This document shows, piece by piece, positions 11,300 through 25,400 of a stretch of DNA of 64,000 nucleotides. Under the pieces are notes generated by a model. That model ran no database searches. It was not told the DNA's origin and worked only from the letters and a program-made list of their open reading frames with translations. Origin of the DNA: Setoptus koraiensis (taxonomy: Eukaryota > Animalia > Arthropoda); the NCBI GenBank assembly GCA_048013815.1, contig CM106586.1:20894001-20958000 (forward strand), written 5' to 3'. Each line of letters begins with the position of its first letter. Positions within the stretch are counted from its first letter, which is position 1. Position numbers and translations under genes: made by a program.

Positions 11300-11700
11300 G
11301 GCAGCCGCAGTGAGTGTGTGGAATTTTCTTGAGTTGCGTTGAAAATATTCTCTCTTTTGAAAGTGATTTTTTGGAAATTTCTCTCTCTCTCTGTCGCTCG
11401 CTCGCTGTCTGTTTACTGTATCACTGGCGTGTGTGTAATATTGATGTTTGCTCGTATTGTTCACTATGTTGGCGACGTCTTGTATATGGCGTTTTGTTCT
11501 ATTGCTCTTGCGCACACGATTGCTGGATGCGACACAAGTGGCGACGACACTGGCGCTAATTGTTCGCTGGTTGTTGCAAGACACGCACTAGCTCGGTTGC
11601 TCAGTTTGTCGCGCGAGCCGAGAAAAAGTTCGACTGACTCGCCGGGCTACTCAAGGGGCACACGCTCAAATCGAAAAGTTCTATTGGAGAACTTTTGCAT
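11300..11700. promoter_or_regulatory. Candidate divergent promoter region (minus-strand gene and a putative plus-strand transcript)
   Basis: Initiator-like TCAGTT at 11601-11606 on +. The minus strand from ~11340 to 10391 is A/C-rich like a 5' leader. Position between the ATG at 10390 (-) and the candidate exon ending at 12297 (+). Confidence 0.3.
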
Positions 11701-12108
11701 TCGCACACAGAGTGTGAGCAGTGGGTTACGTGTGTGTGTGTGTGTGCGCTACAATTCTTTGGTCCCTAACTATAGGACTTGACTGTTTGGTTGCACAAGC
11801 ACGAATGGACCCGGAGCCGGCCTGTGCTGTTGCCGCTGGCTCGCTCTGGCCTGGCTCCAGTTGTGCGCGCTTGCCGCTAGTGCGCCTGCTCGGCAGCGCA
11901 ACGCACACAACAGCGCCGCCAGCCGCTCAATATGATAACTGTAATTTTTCTGCTATGGGCGTGCGTATGTTGATTAGATTTGATCGGTATTTGTTGTTGT
12001 TGCCGTTTTCCACCAACAACAGTTCAGCATCCAGCCGATGGTCGCTTCTGCTCAATTGGATTGCGTTGCGTTGCGTTGCGTAGAATCGAACTGAATCGTC
12101 GAATCATC

Positions 12109-12297
12109 ATGAGACGGGCTCGTATCGGATTCTCAGCGCCGGCCGAACCTTCGTCGCCCATCTTGCTTCTGTTGTTGTTGCTGTTGCTGCTGCTGGCTCT
12201 CGGCTCTTACCTCTTAAGCTGCCCCATGCCCATGGCTAGCTGTTGAATGTAGGATGATGCTGGCAACGGCGGCAACAGCGACAACGGCTCAATCTTC
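12109..12297 (+). other. Candidate 3' part of a first exon of an unseen plus-strand gene (uORF or disrupted signal-peptide ORF; GTGAGT donor)
   Basis: ATCATG at 12109 gives MRRARIG...[27 protein letters not shown] (stop 12246). A second frame is open from 12217 through ATGATG (12253) to the donor TC|GTGAGT at 12297/12298. Confidence 0.3.
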
Positions 12298-15200
12298 GTG
12301 AGTAGACCAGTCGGCCGGCCGGCCGGCCGGCCAGCGCAGAGCCAGTAATAAACTTGATAATAATCATCATCATCTAAATTATGGTCAAACAGTCGGGGGT
12401 CCGCAAACAGGCACAACTCACACACTAACACAAGAGCGCAGCACAAGAACGAGAAGGAGAAGAGCAAAATGGAGTCACACAGGTTGGCTTTGATTTGATT
12501 TCGACTTGCGCGCAGTATCATGTGAGTCGCTTATCTCTCTCTCTCTCTCTCTCTGTATAGATACGTATATGTAGTGGGCACAGTTTAGCGCAAAGGATAA
12601 CACACACACACCGATGGCGTAAGCATGATCGTTTAGACACGCCATATACGTAAATTCATCATGTTGCCTCATTCATGCTAATATCTGAAGCACTCAATTG
12701 ATCCGTTGATCCGCACATCTTACACAATGCAAAAACCTGGCGAGAGGATTGTTCCACGAACGGCCGCTCGAGAGCTGCATTCCTCTGCAAAATATTTCTT
12801 CCCATTGTGGCTCTCTCTTCGGCTCGTTCTCCTATTCGGAGATGCTTCATTTCGCTGGCGCTGCTTAACTCAACTCAACGTGCATCCTCAAGCATCTTCC
12901 ACCGACTATGACGCTAACTATGCCCAAAACCAGGTAACAAACTTCTCGCTGGCTAACAATGTAAGCCACAAGTAAGCTTCTCCCAGAGTCAAGTATCCAA
13001 TTTGGATTTTTCACTCCGATGCGTTGCGTCCAATAGTGCCCGCTGTTACTTAGACGCTCGCTATATGATCTTGGCCGGTTAGAGCCGGCGAGATGTTGCG
13101 TAAGTAAGTGTGTGTGTATGTAAGCCACCATTGGCACACACAAACTCAGTTTTTTACCACAAAACAGCGCATTAATGCGCTGAGATTAGATGCTTGCCCG
13201 ACACTCAAAATTGGTGCAATCTCCGCCATCGCAGAGCATCCAGGCTGGCGCATTGGTATGGCATTCAGTCTAGGCTCGTTGGTGTATGATGGCTCCTTTG
13301 CATCGTTGCTGCTTTATGTATTGGGTTGTTGCTGTTGTTGCGCAACAATTGCAACTTTTGCAATTGAAATAGTTTAGCAACTTTGTGGGTTTTTAGAATA
13401 ACCTTAGCAATTGCTATTCACAAGTGATGCTTTTTATTTTGCGTTAGTGTTGCAACAGCAGCAGCAGCATCCAGTTACATAACTATCTGCATAGAGAGCG
13501 TCGATGAGTCAGAGAATGGTTTTTTGCACACACACACACATTGCAGTTGGTTGTTGCGGGCGAGGCAATAGACACAAGATGGATAAAGAACACAAGACGA
13601 GCGCTGTGAGTTATAACATAATTCATGATAAACTATAGAAATGAACATAACGAGAATAGAGATGATTTTGTAAGATGACGCTAAATCCAGAATACCACTT
13701 GTTGTTGTTGTTGTTGTTGTTGCTGCTGTTGTTGTTCGGCAAATTTTGCGGTGAAACAACTGCGACTGCATGCAGCAACTGCAGCCGAGCGATGATCCCG
13801 CTGGCAGCGCCGATACAAGCGAACCCAAGACAGCCGATCGATGTAGCGCGCCAAATATTATCGCCATTAGCGCGCTTACTATTGCCGGCGACGGCCCGGC
13901 CCAATGGCAACAGAACAACATAATGCTACTGCCGCCGTGGATTAGGTTATAGGAGATGTTGCACAACAGCGACCACTACAAATGAGACATATATCAGATT
14001 GAGATCGACTACCATATCACGGCTATCAGCGCAATGAAAGTAAAATCTATCATGTGATTATTATGATATAAAATCCTTCCTTCTATGCCCGTCATCGGGC
14101 AGCATCTTTGCCTGGCCATTTTGTGTTGCCGTTTTGCGCACACAAAAACACCACCATGTTACGCAATGTGCAATCGGATGGCAGTCGCTAACACTTGTTA
14201 CTCTTGTAAGGCACATGCTAGTTTTTGCTGGGCATTACTATTAACGTCCCATTTAAGTTGGCATTGTAGCCGCAGCCGACACAATGAAATGCTAATATCC
14301 ATCCAACGTAATACCGTCACAAGCGGCTGTCTGCAACAGACTATTGGCAACATTAAACATCGAACATTCGACATTAGACGTTCGACATTGAACATTTAGA
14401 CATTCAGACATTTATGCACTGGCTTACGTTTACATTTTTACATTTAGACATAAAATAAAACATTTAATATGTAACATGTAGCATGCATAGATGCCTCGCC
14501 AGAGAATCGGCACCGCCGACACAAGCGCCCGATCGGGACACACAAACCCGCGATAGCAAAACAACGCCAAAGTGGTGAAAGTATGCACATCGTGTTGTTG
14601 CAAATTGCAATTGTGTGATGCTAGTGGCAATTAATCTCGTCCATGTTAATCCGTATATTTTGTATCTGGATCATTCGCTCAAGCGCGCACAGTGTTTGCT
14701 TGTAGCAGAAATTTGATTCTCAAATCCTCAAATAAACGTATATCGTATCGACCTAAGAACAAGTGATAAATATTTTGCCTGTTTTTACTTTTTTTTATTA
14801 TTATTGGATTCGCTCGTTCTAGTTCAACTAATCCAGCCGCACTTGCCCAATTCAACACGGCTAATGTTACTAGTGGTGCTGCCGTCGCCGTCGCTTCTAT
14901 CGCTATCGGACGCTCTTATCTAGACTGTTTTACTTATCGTTACTGATTCGCCGATTTACTGTTTCAAGATGCAATTGATACGAGATAAGCGACCAAGTGT
15001 CAGCTTGTTGTGTGTGTGTGTGAGTGTCCCTACACAATATGCACATTAAGACGAGATAATATTAAAATAAAAATTTAAGAGATGATTATTGTTAACATAG
15101 ATGGCCATTACGTAAGCCTTTCAGCAGCGCATAGCTATAAAGTTGTAGTAAAGCGATAGTTGCAAGTGGAGAGTCAGTAAAGTTAGTTAGTTTATTCAGC

Positions 15201-18200
15201 GCCAGAACCGAAAAGTCAAATTAATATCGGCATCATAATATACATCTATCTATCGTTTAGAGTGTGTTATGCCCCAAACACGTTTACCTGGCAACTCTAA
15301 TGGTAACTGTAACAGAGCGAAAGACACTAACATTAACGGCAACTTGTTTTGCCGTCATTGTGTGCCATCACGACATCTACTAGTGACGGTCAGCGCACAC
15401 ATAATATTTTGCACTTCATCTCCTAAATTTCAACAAGCTGATAGCCATCAATGGCTGTATGCAAAAATCAAACGAGAGATCAAAGAACGGCCTCTCTCTC
15501 TCTCTCTCTCTTACTTAAGCATAATCTGACATATATCTGGACGATGTCGACCACTGGACCACTGGACGACAAGCGGCCCTTTTGGCGAGCTAGCCGGCTA
15601 CTGTCATTGATTTCAACACTAACCTAAAAAGTTCAAACGGCGCAAGCGGAATTTCGTGCCTAGTTAATTGCACACTTAACTCCAGCGATATTTCCAACAA
15701 CTCACAGCGCAGAAGTCGTCGAGATGGGGAGAGCGAGCGAGCGAGAAAGAATTTTTGAGATCGAAAGAGTGAGCCAGTAGATTAGAAAATCCCCATCCAA
15801 CTCCTCCTATATAATTTATCATGCCATACTATATATCTTATATGGTATTGTGTAAGATAGGATAGATAAGGACTCACACACACACACACACACATTAGCT
15901 ACATGGGATGGCAAGTGTGACTGGTTGCCATCTTTTTGTTTGATTAACCAGATGGATTTTATCATAAACTAGTTTTAAAAGGCTCAGGTGTGTCGTCGTT
16001 AAATTTTGTTAGATTTAGCAGTCGTCGATAAGAGCAAGAAGAAGGTAAATTGAGTGCATCAAGTTTTATGAATATTAGGGAGGACAACATTTATGGTTTG
16101 CGAATGTACAAACAAATGTTGTCGTATAAAACTCGGTTGAATTTATAAACTATCCACTGATACTAGACATGATCGTAGTTGCGCAACGATACGACCGACA
16201 AACAGACAGGCGAGTAACGGACGCTTATTACATGATCTGAGAATATGAATTAATTCAATCCACTATTGCACTTGTTTCGATAGTTCCGATAGTTGCGGTG
16301 TTTTTCCAAACACTGCCAAGTGTGTATCTGTGTATGTGTGTGTGTGCGTCTTGTTATATAACTATTCTATTATATAACAACTTACTGAATTCATTTAGAT
16401 CACCATGATCTAAAATATACAAATAAAGCAAAACAAATAAGCAACCAGGCCAGTACACAACAAACACAATAATCAAGATGCATTCTCGGCTATTGCCGCC
16501 GCCATTGCTATACCGTACATCTGTGTGCAATGCATAAAGATTAGATAGGTTGATTAGAGATTGTCTTTTGATGGATTCTTTGTAGAATAAGAAAGATTTT
16601 CAGGTTCTCTATAGCATGCAGTGGATAACAGTGTTCAATAACTGTGCCATTTGATTTATGTTTTAATTCTTCGTAAGCTCTGAATGGCGAAAGAGATGGA
16701 TGGAAAAAGAAGTTTCTGCTCATATATAATCATGCTCTCCTCCTCTTCTTCTTCTTTCTATTCTTTCTCTTTTATACTCCGATCAGGTATAATCGTATCT
16801 GCAAAGTTGAATACAAGGCGAGCTTAAATCTTTTCATACATTAATAAATATTGATACCGGTTGGCAGTTGTACCACTATTAGCTTGTTTGGTTGTATAGA
16901 CAACGCGAACAACTAATGTTGCCGTAGTTAATTCATGAACTTAAACAACATAATCATAATGGCTATGATTAAGTTGCCGAATAAAACTCTTTTCAGGCTT
17001 GTCTTTATGGCTCTACCGCTGTGATATTTCAATCAATACAACACACATGCATTTTCAGACACTATACAGCCACAGTACACTAGCAGAGTTTTAAATGTTA
17101 TCTTGTCCAAAATATAAATGTCTAAATTCAATATTCACGATAAAAACAAAAATGTTTTACGCGTCTCATTACGAACAACAAAGTTCCTCATTGCACACAT
17201 TTATAGAAAAGCTGTCTGATTTTTTGAATACTAATACACACACACACACATACATGCAAAACAAATATATAAACTAGAAATACAGCTCAATTCTTATCCG
17301 CTGCAATGTACTCTATGCCCTCGTGTTACTGATCAGTGATCACACATATAACACTACCAATCCTCGTGAACAAGACCATAGAGTATGTTACATCATTATA
17401 GAAGTTCGCGCTAACATATCAACGGCAACGGAAAAGCCATGTCTGGGTGTTTATGTGTTGATACGACAGTTTATATAAAAGGTGATTACGCGTGCTTCGT
17501 AGTTGCAACCTACAACTTACGCGACTTTAACCCCCCGAATAGATCCAATAATTCATTCAACTTGATTATTCTATTAGATAGATATTCGTTCGAGAATGTT
17601 CCATGGTTTTGTCCAACTAGCCTGTTTTTGCCTCTTCCTTTCGTTTACTCTTTCTCACTCTTATAGATGATGTTTATCAATGACATCATTTACATCACAA
17701 ATCCTACTGACAACACACGCACACATACTACACAGTTACAATGATCGTGTGATTTGTGTGCAAACATTTGATAGTCACTGTTAATTACATAGTAAAAATT
17801 TCTTGATTGATCACTAGGCTTTGCATCGAATGAGTGATAGTCATTCAAGTTTTTTATTTAGTTGCTGACAACAGTGACGTGCATTGTGTATTGTTACAAA
17901 ATGCGTTTGATAATAATTAATACCACTGATGGGCTGAATGCCATTGAGTGATTTTTACTAGAGTCACTCCAGTGGAGTGCATATTTTAAAATCATCAACG
18001 TGATGATGTGTACACTAATCTACAATCATCCTCTATTTTGTTGCATAAGAAATTCTAAAAGCGACTCTATCTGTTCTTCAGCTCACACTATCAGTACCGA
18101 CATCTAATCACGACTCAATGTTTACCACCATCCCATTCATCTGTTTCAAGAAGGTTCAAGCATGCCCAGCTCTCTTGCCATCCTGGTTCATGGTGACCGA

Positions 18201-18839
18201 ATATTCGAAAGAATCCAAGTCGATATCTGCACTGGTTATATACGTATGTACACCCGCACATACATATATATATATATATTTATATACATGTATTTGTTCG
18301 CATGTGAAAACGGCTTCGACTTATTTTTATTCTTACGCCACTGTACTCATGTGTGTTTACTGTGTGTTGAGTGGGAATACTAGTAAGTAGTTGGTTCTCG
18401 CATAACAACAACTAGTATGGCTGCACTGGGTATAAATAAACCAGGCAAATGGTCTGGCCCCTTGATTACAGTTCGCCCCCCTCCCCCCCCCCAGAAAGAG
18501 CAGCTCGGCCAGAATGAGAACGGTCACTAATCGTGGTGGTAGGGTAATATGGTTGCGATTGGAATTGGCATTGCAATTGCCAGCTTGTAGTGACTAAAGT
18601 TAGGGACCAGAAAGAGTAGTAAGCAGCAAAATGTCGATCTTTATGGTCGATGAATGTTGACGATATGATGATGTTTTCGATGAAGCTCAATCGAGTATCT
18701 AATATTCATACTGCGTCATGAGCCTTCTAAATACATATATATGCTATATCTAATGCTGGTGTAGCATGAAAGAATTGTTCGTTCATTTAGTTGGTCCACT
18801 TGGACTGGTTCGTTGTAACTGAGAAAGAGAGAAAAAGAG

Positions 18840-18874
<35 letters not shown>

Positions 18875-21800
18875 AGTTTAGATGAAAGCGAGCGAGTAAT
18901 TGATGTAATTGATGGTGGTGATATTGTAGTGCACGAATGTGTGTGTGTGTGTGTGTGTGGCGCATACTGGCGCAAAACGACCAGATATACATACACACAT
19001 ATATAAATATAAATAAATAAATAATATAATAATATTTTGGCGTCTAGCACGTTTCGCTGGATCGCTGGCTGGTTCTTTGGTTGGCTCGTTCGTTTAATCA
19101 GTCTGTCAGTCTTGGCTTTGTTTTCTTGATTGGGGAAAAAGTTTGGCTCGAATTACGGGGGCCCGGCATTGGCCACGTTCTATTTATGTGCCATTCGTAT
19201 GTATAAGTGTGTTTGTGTGTACAATTGGCACTAGATGGAAATAGATGGATAGATCTTATACCATTCGGACCATTATCTTGTTGCTTGTAGTGTGCAGCAT
19301 AGAGTGTGTATTACGCAATATGTAATATGTAATATGTTGTATGTTATATGTTTATGGACAGCACACACACACTACACTCGCCAGAGCCGTCCAGTGGCAA
19401 TACGATACGTTGCAAATGTTACGTTGCGATACGTTACGACACGCTGGGAAACAATTCAATTAAATTATTCTGTTATAATCGTCTCATCTATGGGTTCTAA
19501 TAGATCGTTCTTACTTGTGCCATTGTTGTTACAATTACATTATCAGCCATCATGAATATCATATTGTGTGCGTTGAGCGTGTACACATGCCTCGGCTCGG
19601 CTCGCCTGGCGCATTGCCTCGCCGCCGATGTCAATGTTGTGTGTGTTGGCTGTAGTCTAATTATAATGCCCATTTATGTTGAGTCGTTATTGTTTGTATA
19701 GTTTGGCGATGCCGTTGCAGTGTTGGCAACAATTTATTCCTTAGGCCCTCTTACGTTCTCAATAGTGGTTCTCTTTTTTGCTGTTGTTGTTGTTGCTGTT
19801 GTTGTTGTTGTTTTGCTGTCCGCCTACGTGCCCGGTAGATGCTCGTTCTCGTTGTTGGTGTCGGTCTTTTCAAGTAGCAGTTCAAGTCGTTGCTGCGAGT
19901 TGCCATAATAAATAATTGGCGCTCGCGAGGCTCCCCATGTCAGCTCACATACCATAGATACCATTAGTGGACATTAGAGGCACACAGCGGCCAGTGATTC
20001 CTGGGAACAGGCTCAATCTTGGCAGAAAAACAATAATTCCTCGTGTGTTCAATTAAACAAATTTAATCTCTTGGCGCGGCAACGGCGACGGCGGCCCAAT
20101 CGAAGCGGCATCGCGCACAACAAAATTATATCCCAGATGGGACAACAACAACAACAACAACTTTGTTTACTTGTTTTGTCGATAGAGTTTTGTTAACTCT
20201 GTTAAGAGTTTTGTTCGCCGGTGGCACCGGCAAGCAAAACTCCATTCCATCAGACTCTGATGATCAGAGTTCTGAATACAATGCGCTCGCCAGTTTGCGG
20301 CGTTTTGGCGGCAAACCAGGGCATACTTACATTACACGGATGCATAATACATACGCATCATACTGTGCATACACGAATGTTGTGTCCGCCGATGTTATAA
20401 ATTTCAAGATGGCGCCCACTTGGTGAGCGAGTCACAAATTGTGACTCACAATCACTCGGCGATCGCTCGCAATTAGCATGTGAGCGCTATTTAAAGGATC
20501 TCGTTTTACATTTATCTTGTATTCTGATGCAAAGCGCACGGCGCGCACCGTCTTACGCAGCCCTTACATCATGTAAGTTACATGTATGGTCGACAGTGCA
20601 CCGTCGAATATCTGCGCCAATGTGATGGAATTATGAACTGTGTTGCTCACTCGCTCGCTTGCAGCGCCGCACCGAACGGCGAACGGGGCGAGGGGGAGGC
20701 GCGCTGGAGGCACCTCGGCGGGCTCGTTGCTGACTGCAGCCACTGGCTCTCTGCACTCCAGACTGCGAACTAGAGACTCTCTAGTAGAGACTCTCTGGTA
20801 CAGAGTGCGAACTCCGGAGGGAATCTCTTTGTCTCGCGCGCGCACACACACACCAGTTGCCAGTCGTGGTGGCCATTTTGATGGTTGATTGCAGCGCACA
20901 AATGAGCGCCTGCACATTCGGTGCGCGCATTAATTCGATGGTCTCCAATGCCGGCGCTCGCACTGACGTGGCTCGCAACTTGCGAGTCGCAAGACGCGCG
21001 CCACCGATCCCGCAGCCAGCCATCGAATTTGTGCGCAAACGAACGAGATTTGGCTCGCAGTGGCGTCGCGTTGCTCGAATTTGTTAAATACAATCGAGTG
21101 TAAAACAACAAATATTGTTTACGCATGCAATTTTTCGCCCATCAACAATCGCACGCTGCCACCAGTTACATGAGCGCTGAGATGTTGCGCCAGTTGGGAC
21201 GTTGCGCCAGTCGAGATGCGCCAGTTGAGATGTATCAAAAGCCAAGCACGCATCACGTTGCTCGCCAGCGCCAGCGCCGGCAATGACACGCTGTGGCCGT
21301 GCTATAGGCGCATTGTGCTCGCTGTTTCGGGACGGCGAGAGGCGAACGGGCCAATAAGCAGAGACAAGCATAATTTTGCAGTTCACTCTTCATGTAGAGT
21401 GATGCACAATTAGCGTTATGCAAAGACCCAGCCAACTGGTGTGCGTGTGACACACACCCAGCCAGAAGTGAATGCCTAGTTACATTTGATTTATGGCGGC
21501 TCCTTTTCCAATTTTACACCCATTCCAACCGACGCGAGCACCCCGATCGGCCCGAAATGCCCCGCTTTTGCCCGGCCACAGCCAGTGGCTGGCTGGCTGG
21601 CTGGTGCAAATCGAATGAGTGCATCGCGAGTGCGGCGGCCGCTTTAAAATATGCGCCGGCCCGCTCGCAGATTCATGCCGCTGCATTTTCGCAATTCAGG
21701 CCTTTTTCATATCTCTTGCAATATCCAATTTGGTGCCCCCATTCAGAATTGGTGGCAAATCTTGCAAATCAGGCTAAAATAAAATGATGCGCCCAAATGA

Positions 21801-22400
21801 TGCCACGCCGAAATCAATGCGGAACTGGAAGTGAAAGAAACGAAGAAAGAAAATTGCTCTGGGCTTATATATACAAAACCTGTGATGCGTTATTATTGAC
21901 GGGCGCGCCGAAAACGCACTCACCAGCGAGCCAACTCGATGGCGCCCAGACGACAGGTAACGCCAAGTTGGGGCCAAGACCGAGAGAATATAAATATAAA
22001 TATGAGCTAGAATAGAATAGACGGCGAGAGTATTTACTTTGCAAAATGTAGTCACAAGAATTGACTAGCGACTAAAGTCACACACACACACACACACACA
22101 AAGCCAACTGTGCAGCTCTCGTTCGGGCGCTTCCTCTCCCCGGCCGTCGGCGCGCCCCAATGTGCCCCACGACGACGACGACGACTAGGCACTGGAGAAA
22201 ATTTGAGCAAATTATTATAGCCGGCATAATGCACTGACTCGGGAATATGCTCTACAGAATGCTGTAGAATATGCCGTCGTAGACACACGCACGGATCGAT
22301 CCATTCGATCAAATTTACGCATTTATTCGAATACTCTTTGTGCCCGTGCTACTGTCATAGCGCACACAGCCAGCAGCTATAGAAGAGTTGCGGAGCCACC

Positions 22401-22471
22401 AAGAAGAGCGAGAAGGAGAAGAAGAAGGAGAAAAAGAAAAAAGAAGAAAAAGAAGAAAAAAAGAAAAGAGA
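22401..22471. repeat. Polypurine (A/G) low-complexity tract
   Basis: About 70 nt, almost exclusively A/G (GAA/GAAAA units). Confidence 0.9.
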
Positions 22472-25400
22472 TTTATCATTTGTTTTTGCCTGCACATAGC
22501 GCGCGCGGGCACAGACATTAAGGTGAGGCCATTGTAGTACAATTTCATATTACATGATTCATCATATCATAACACTGCGTAAGAGAGCGTATAACGTACA
22601 TTGTAACAACGTAACATACGAACGAAAACAAGATCAGATGCGATTGGGCAACATAGAAACGGTCACATAGACGACACAGAGAAAACGGGAACCCCAATGA
22701 AGGTAGATAGATAGGTGTAGCCAGCGCCATTGCTATTGCGTCAACATGGTTGACGTATCAACGACCAACAACCAGCGACACACAGAGACTACAACATCTG
22801 CTTCCATGCGAGAGAAGTGATGTTGCCAATTTCGACGACGACGACGACGACGACGTACAACAATAATCTTCTCGAAAGCTATTTGTTTATTGCCGTCATC
22901 GTCGGCGCCGTAGTCGTTTCAGAATGATCATCATGAGATAACCTTGAGTTGAGTATGCTGGACCGGGGGGTTACCAAATAAATATAGAAGAAAGAATAAG
23001 AAGGGGCAATAGTTGGTAAAGTACCAGCAGCGCCAGTACAGACAATGATGCATTCTCTGTTGCAGATCATCAAATCACCCTATGTTGGGCAGGAATGGAG
23101 CGTAAAGGGGCCAACAGAGTGTGTTGAGAATAAAAAAGAAAAATCTTGACACTATTTCTTTCAGGATCAAAAACCATCAATCCTCGATTGTGACAAAGAT
23201 TCCATTCCCACACACCAACACACACACACACACGCACACACACACACCAACACACACGTACTTGAGCCCCCTGTCCTCTCGGCATAAGTCGATAGATTTT
23301 ACCTTAGATTTCAGAGGAAACAAGAACTTCCTATAAATAAAATTATGGTCGCTGGAGAGGCTAGACAGCACACGGTTTGTATCATCATGCTTGATGTTGC
23401 TAAAAAATGAAGAGAATTAGGAGGCGTACACTTGCACACAAACATTTATATATATATATATAGATATATATATATATTCCCTTAAATGTGATACCATTGA
23501 TGGACGGAGCAGGCAAGATCGAGCTATAAAGCTATGGTTACATAATGTCGTTTTGCATGAATCAATATCTACTATGTGACATGGAAAACAAATACTGCTA
23601 AATGCACCGATTTACATCTTGCTGATGCTCAAGAGGTTCCATCATCGGGCAAGCGGGAATAGTTGAGCGCGATCATAGATTTTGCATCACCGAGATAGAA
23701 GTAAATAGAAGTTTGAGCAGACACGCACATTAGAGAAGGGGGACAACACACCAACGACAGTCTTGTTGAAAGATAAACTCGTATAATTTTTTGAAATGAT
23801 CAACATGAACGAACACGTACACGTACTCTTACTCGCACACGTACCAGATAGATGGCAAGGAAGCAAAAATGTTTTTTAAGTAACTCCAGCAGTACAAATA
23901 CAACAGCAGTAGCAGCGGCAGCAGCAGCAGCATTGTCACTAGATGCATCGACATTGTTAAATATCGCTAGCCTCGATAATAATGGACGATTCAGAAGGTA
24001 GCGGGAGTGTAAGGATAAAAAGAAGCGCCCAATATTTTCTGCTCATATGTGGGTAGAGAAATATCTGCTTTTTGGTTGCAGTCAAAGCTTCGGCTGTTGT
24101 CGTTGTTGGTGTAGTTATAGTTGTCGTTGTTGTATTCTAAGGATTGATTTGAACGTGTTAAATGTATGATGCTACACGTTCCTTACACGTCAATAGTCAG
24201 TCATTCATGTTAAGGGGTATAACGACAATGATGATGAGACAGAAGCGCCTCTAGAAACTCAATAGAGCAAATCCTTTCTTATGCCAACCAGCAGCCAACA
24301 TAGCATATGTCCTGATAGTGAGCGACATAGTTGTGTGTCAGGAGGACGAAAGTTTTTTTTCTCTCTTTCTCTCTTACTCTCTTTCCTCATTCCCCCCATT
24401 CTGCCTATTCTTTATTCTAAATTTATCTTTGGCCATCTCTTCTTTAGGTTGAACAATATAAGACGCGGAGAGGAATGACGAATAAGAAGGGGAGAATAAA
24501 AAGAAAAGAAATACTGAATCTTATGTGTGTGTGTGTGCGTCTGTGTGTGCACCACTATATTAAGGAGAACCCGCTGACGCAGATTGTTAAGGGAATTTAT
24601 AGTGACGTCGTTACGTAATCAGTGCCTGGTCATGAGCCCAAAGTTTGAAACGATGCTTAAGGTGAACAAAATGGTATTCATTTCTCACAGGCACACACAC
24701 ACACACACACATCCTGTTACGGAGGGGGAGATGGGGGTATGTCGGATTCTGGGTTAATGGGGTAGCAGAACCTTTGGCGTGGCGGGCGCATTGCAAACAA
24801 CAGCAGCAGCAGCAGCACATTATACATATATAGCACAAATATAAATATATACACGCAACGATGTATATGCGAACACGGCAAAAATAGGAGGCAAAGAAAA
24901 AGATAGTATACTGCTCAACCATCTGATGCTTCATGGGTGCTTTATTAAAATAAATTCAATCAGCACCCTAGTTTGTGGGCCAAATTTTCGGATGCTCCTG
25001 TATGAGGGGAGCCAGCAAATTCGGCACAACTCAGCTTGCAGGGGGAGCGGGAGAAGCTGCTGAATATACACATCAGGCGCACAATGTTGTTATTTTGTAC
25101 ACACACACACACACACTCACATCTTGCAAGTACGGAACATCCTAAAAAAGATCATATGAGAGATGATGGTGTTGTTGTTATGTAATCAAGCAGTAAAAGA
25201 GACCAAGAGGAGAGAACGCGCGCGCGTTGGTTCCCTTTGTAGACACTTACACGGAGATACGGTGGCGGGAAGGGGGGGGGGAGAGAGATGTAAAAGTGAG
25301 CGCGTCACATTGGAGAATAAAAGGGCGAATCAAATTATGGAAATGAAGAAGTGAAATCGGCACACATGGAACGCGAGTACAAGTACGACTAAAAGCTAGT

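Noticed and set aside
13675-13923. Signal-peptide-like poly-Leu ORF
   Set aside because: The hydrophobic run is a (TTG)n microsatellite; no splice or domain support
16264-16285. miR-92-family-like 5' end TATTGCACTTGT
   Set aside because: Only 12 nt match and there is no complementary arm to form a precursor hairpin
20206-20242. 17-bp stem hairpin GAGTTTTG...CAAAACTC
   Set aside because: 3-nt loop and too short for a pre-miRNA; short palindromes are common throughout this sequence
24724-24762. G-quadruplex-like run of four G-tracts
   Set aside because: The middle loop is 13 nt and no functional context supports it
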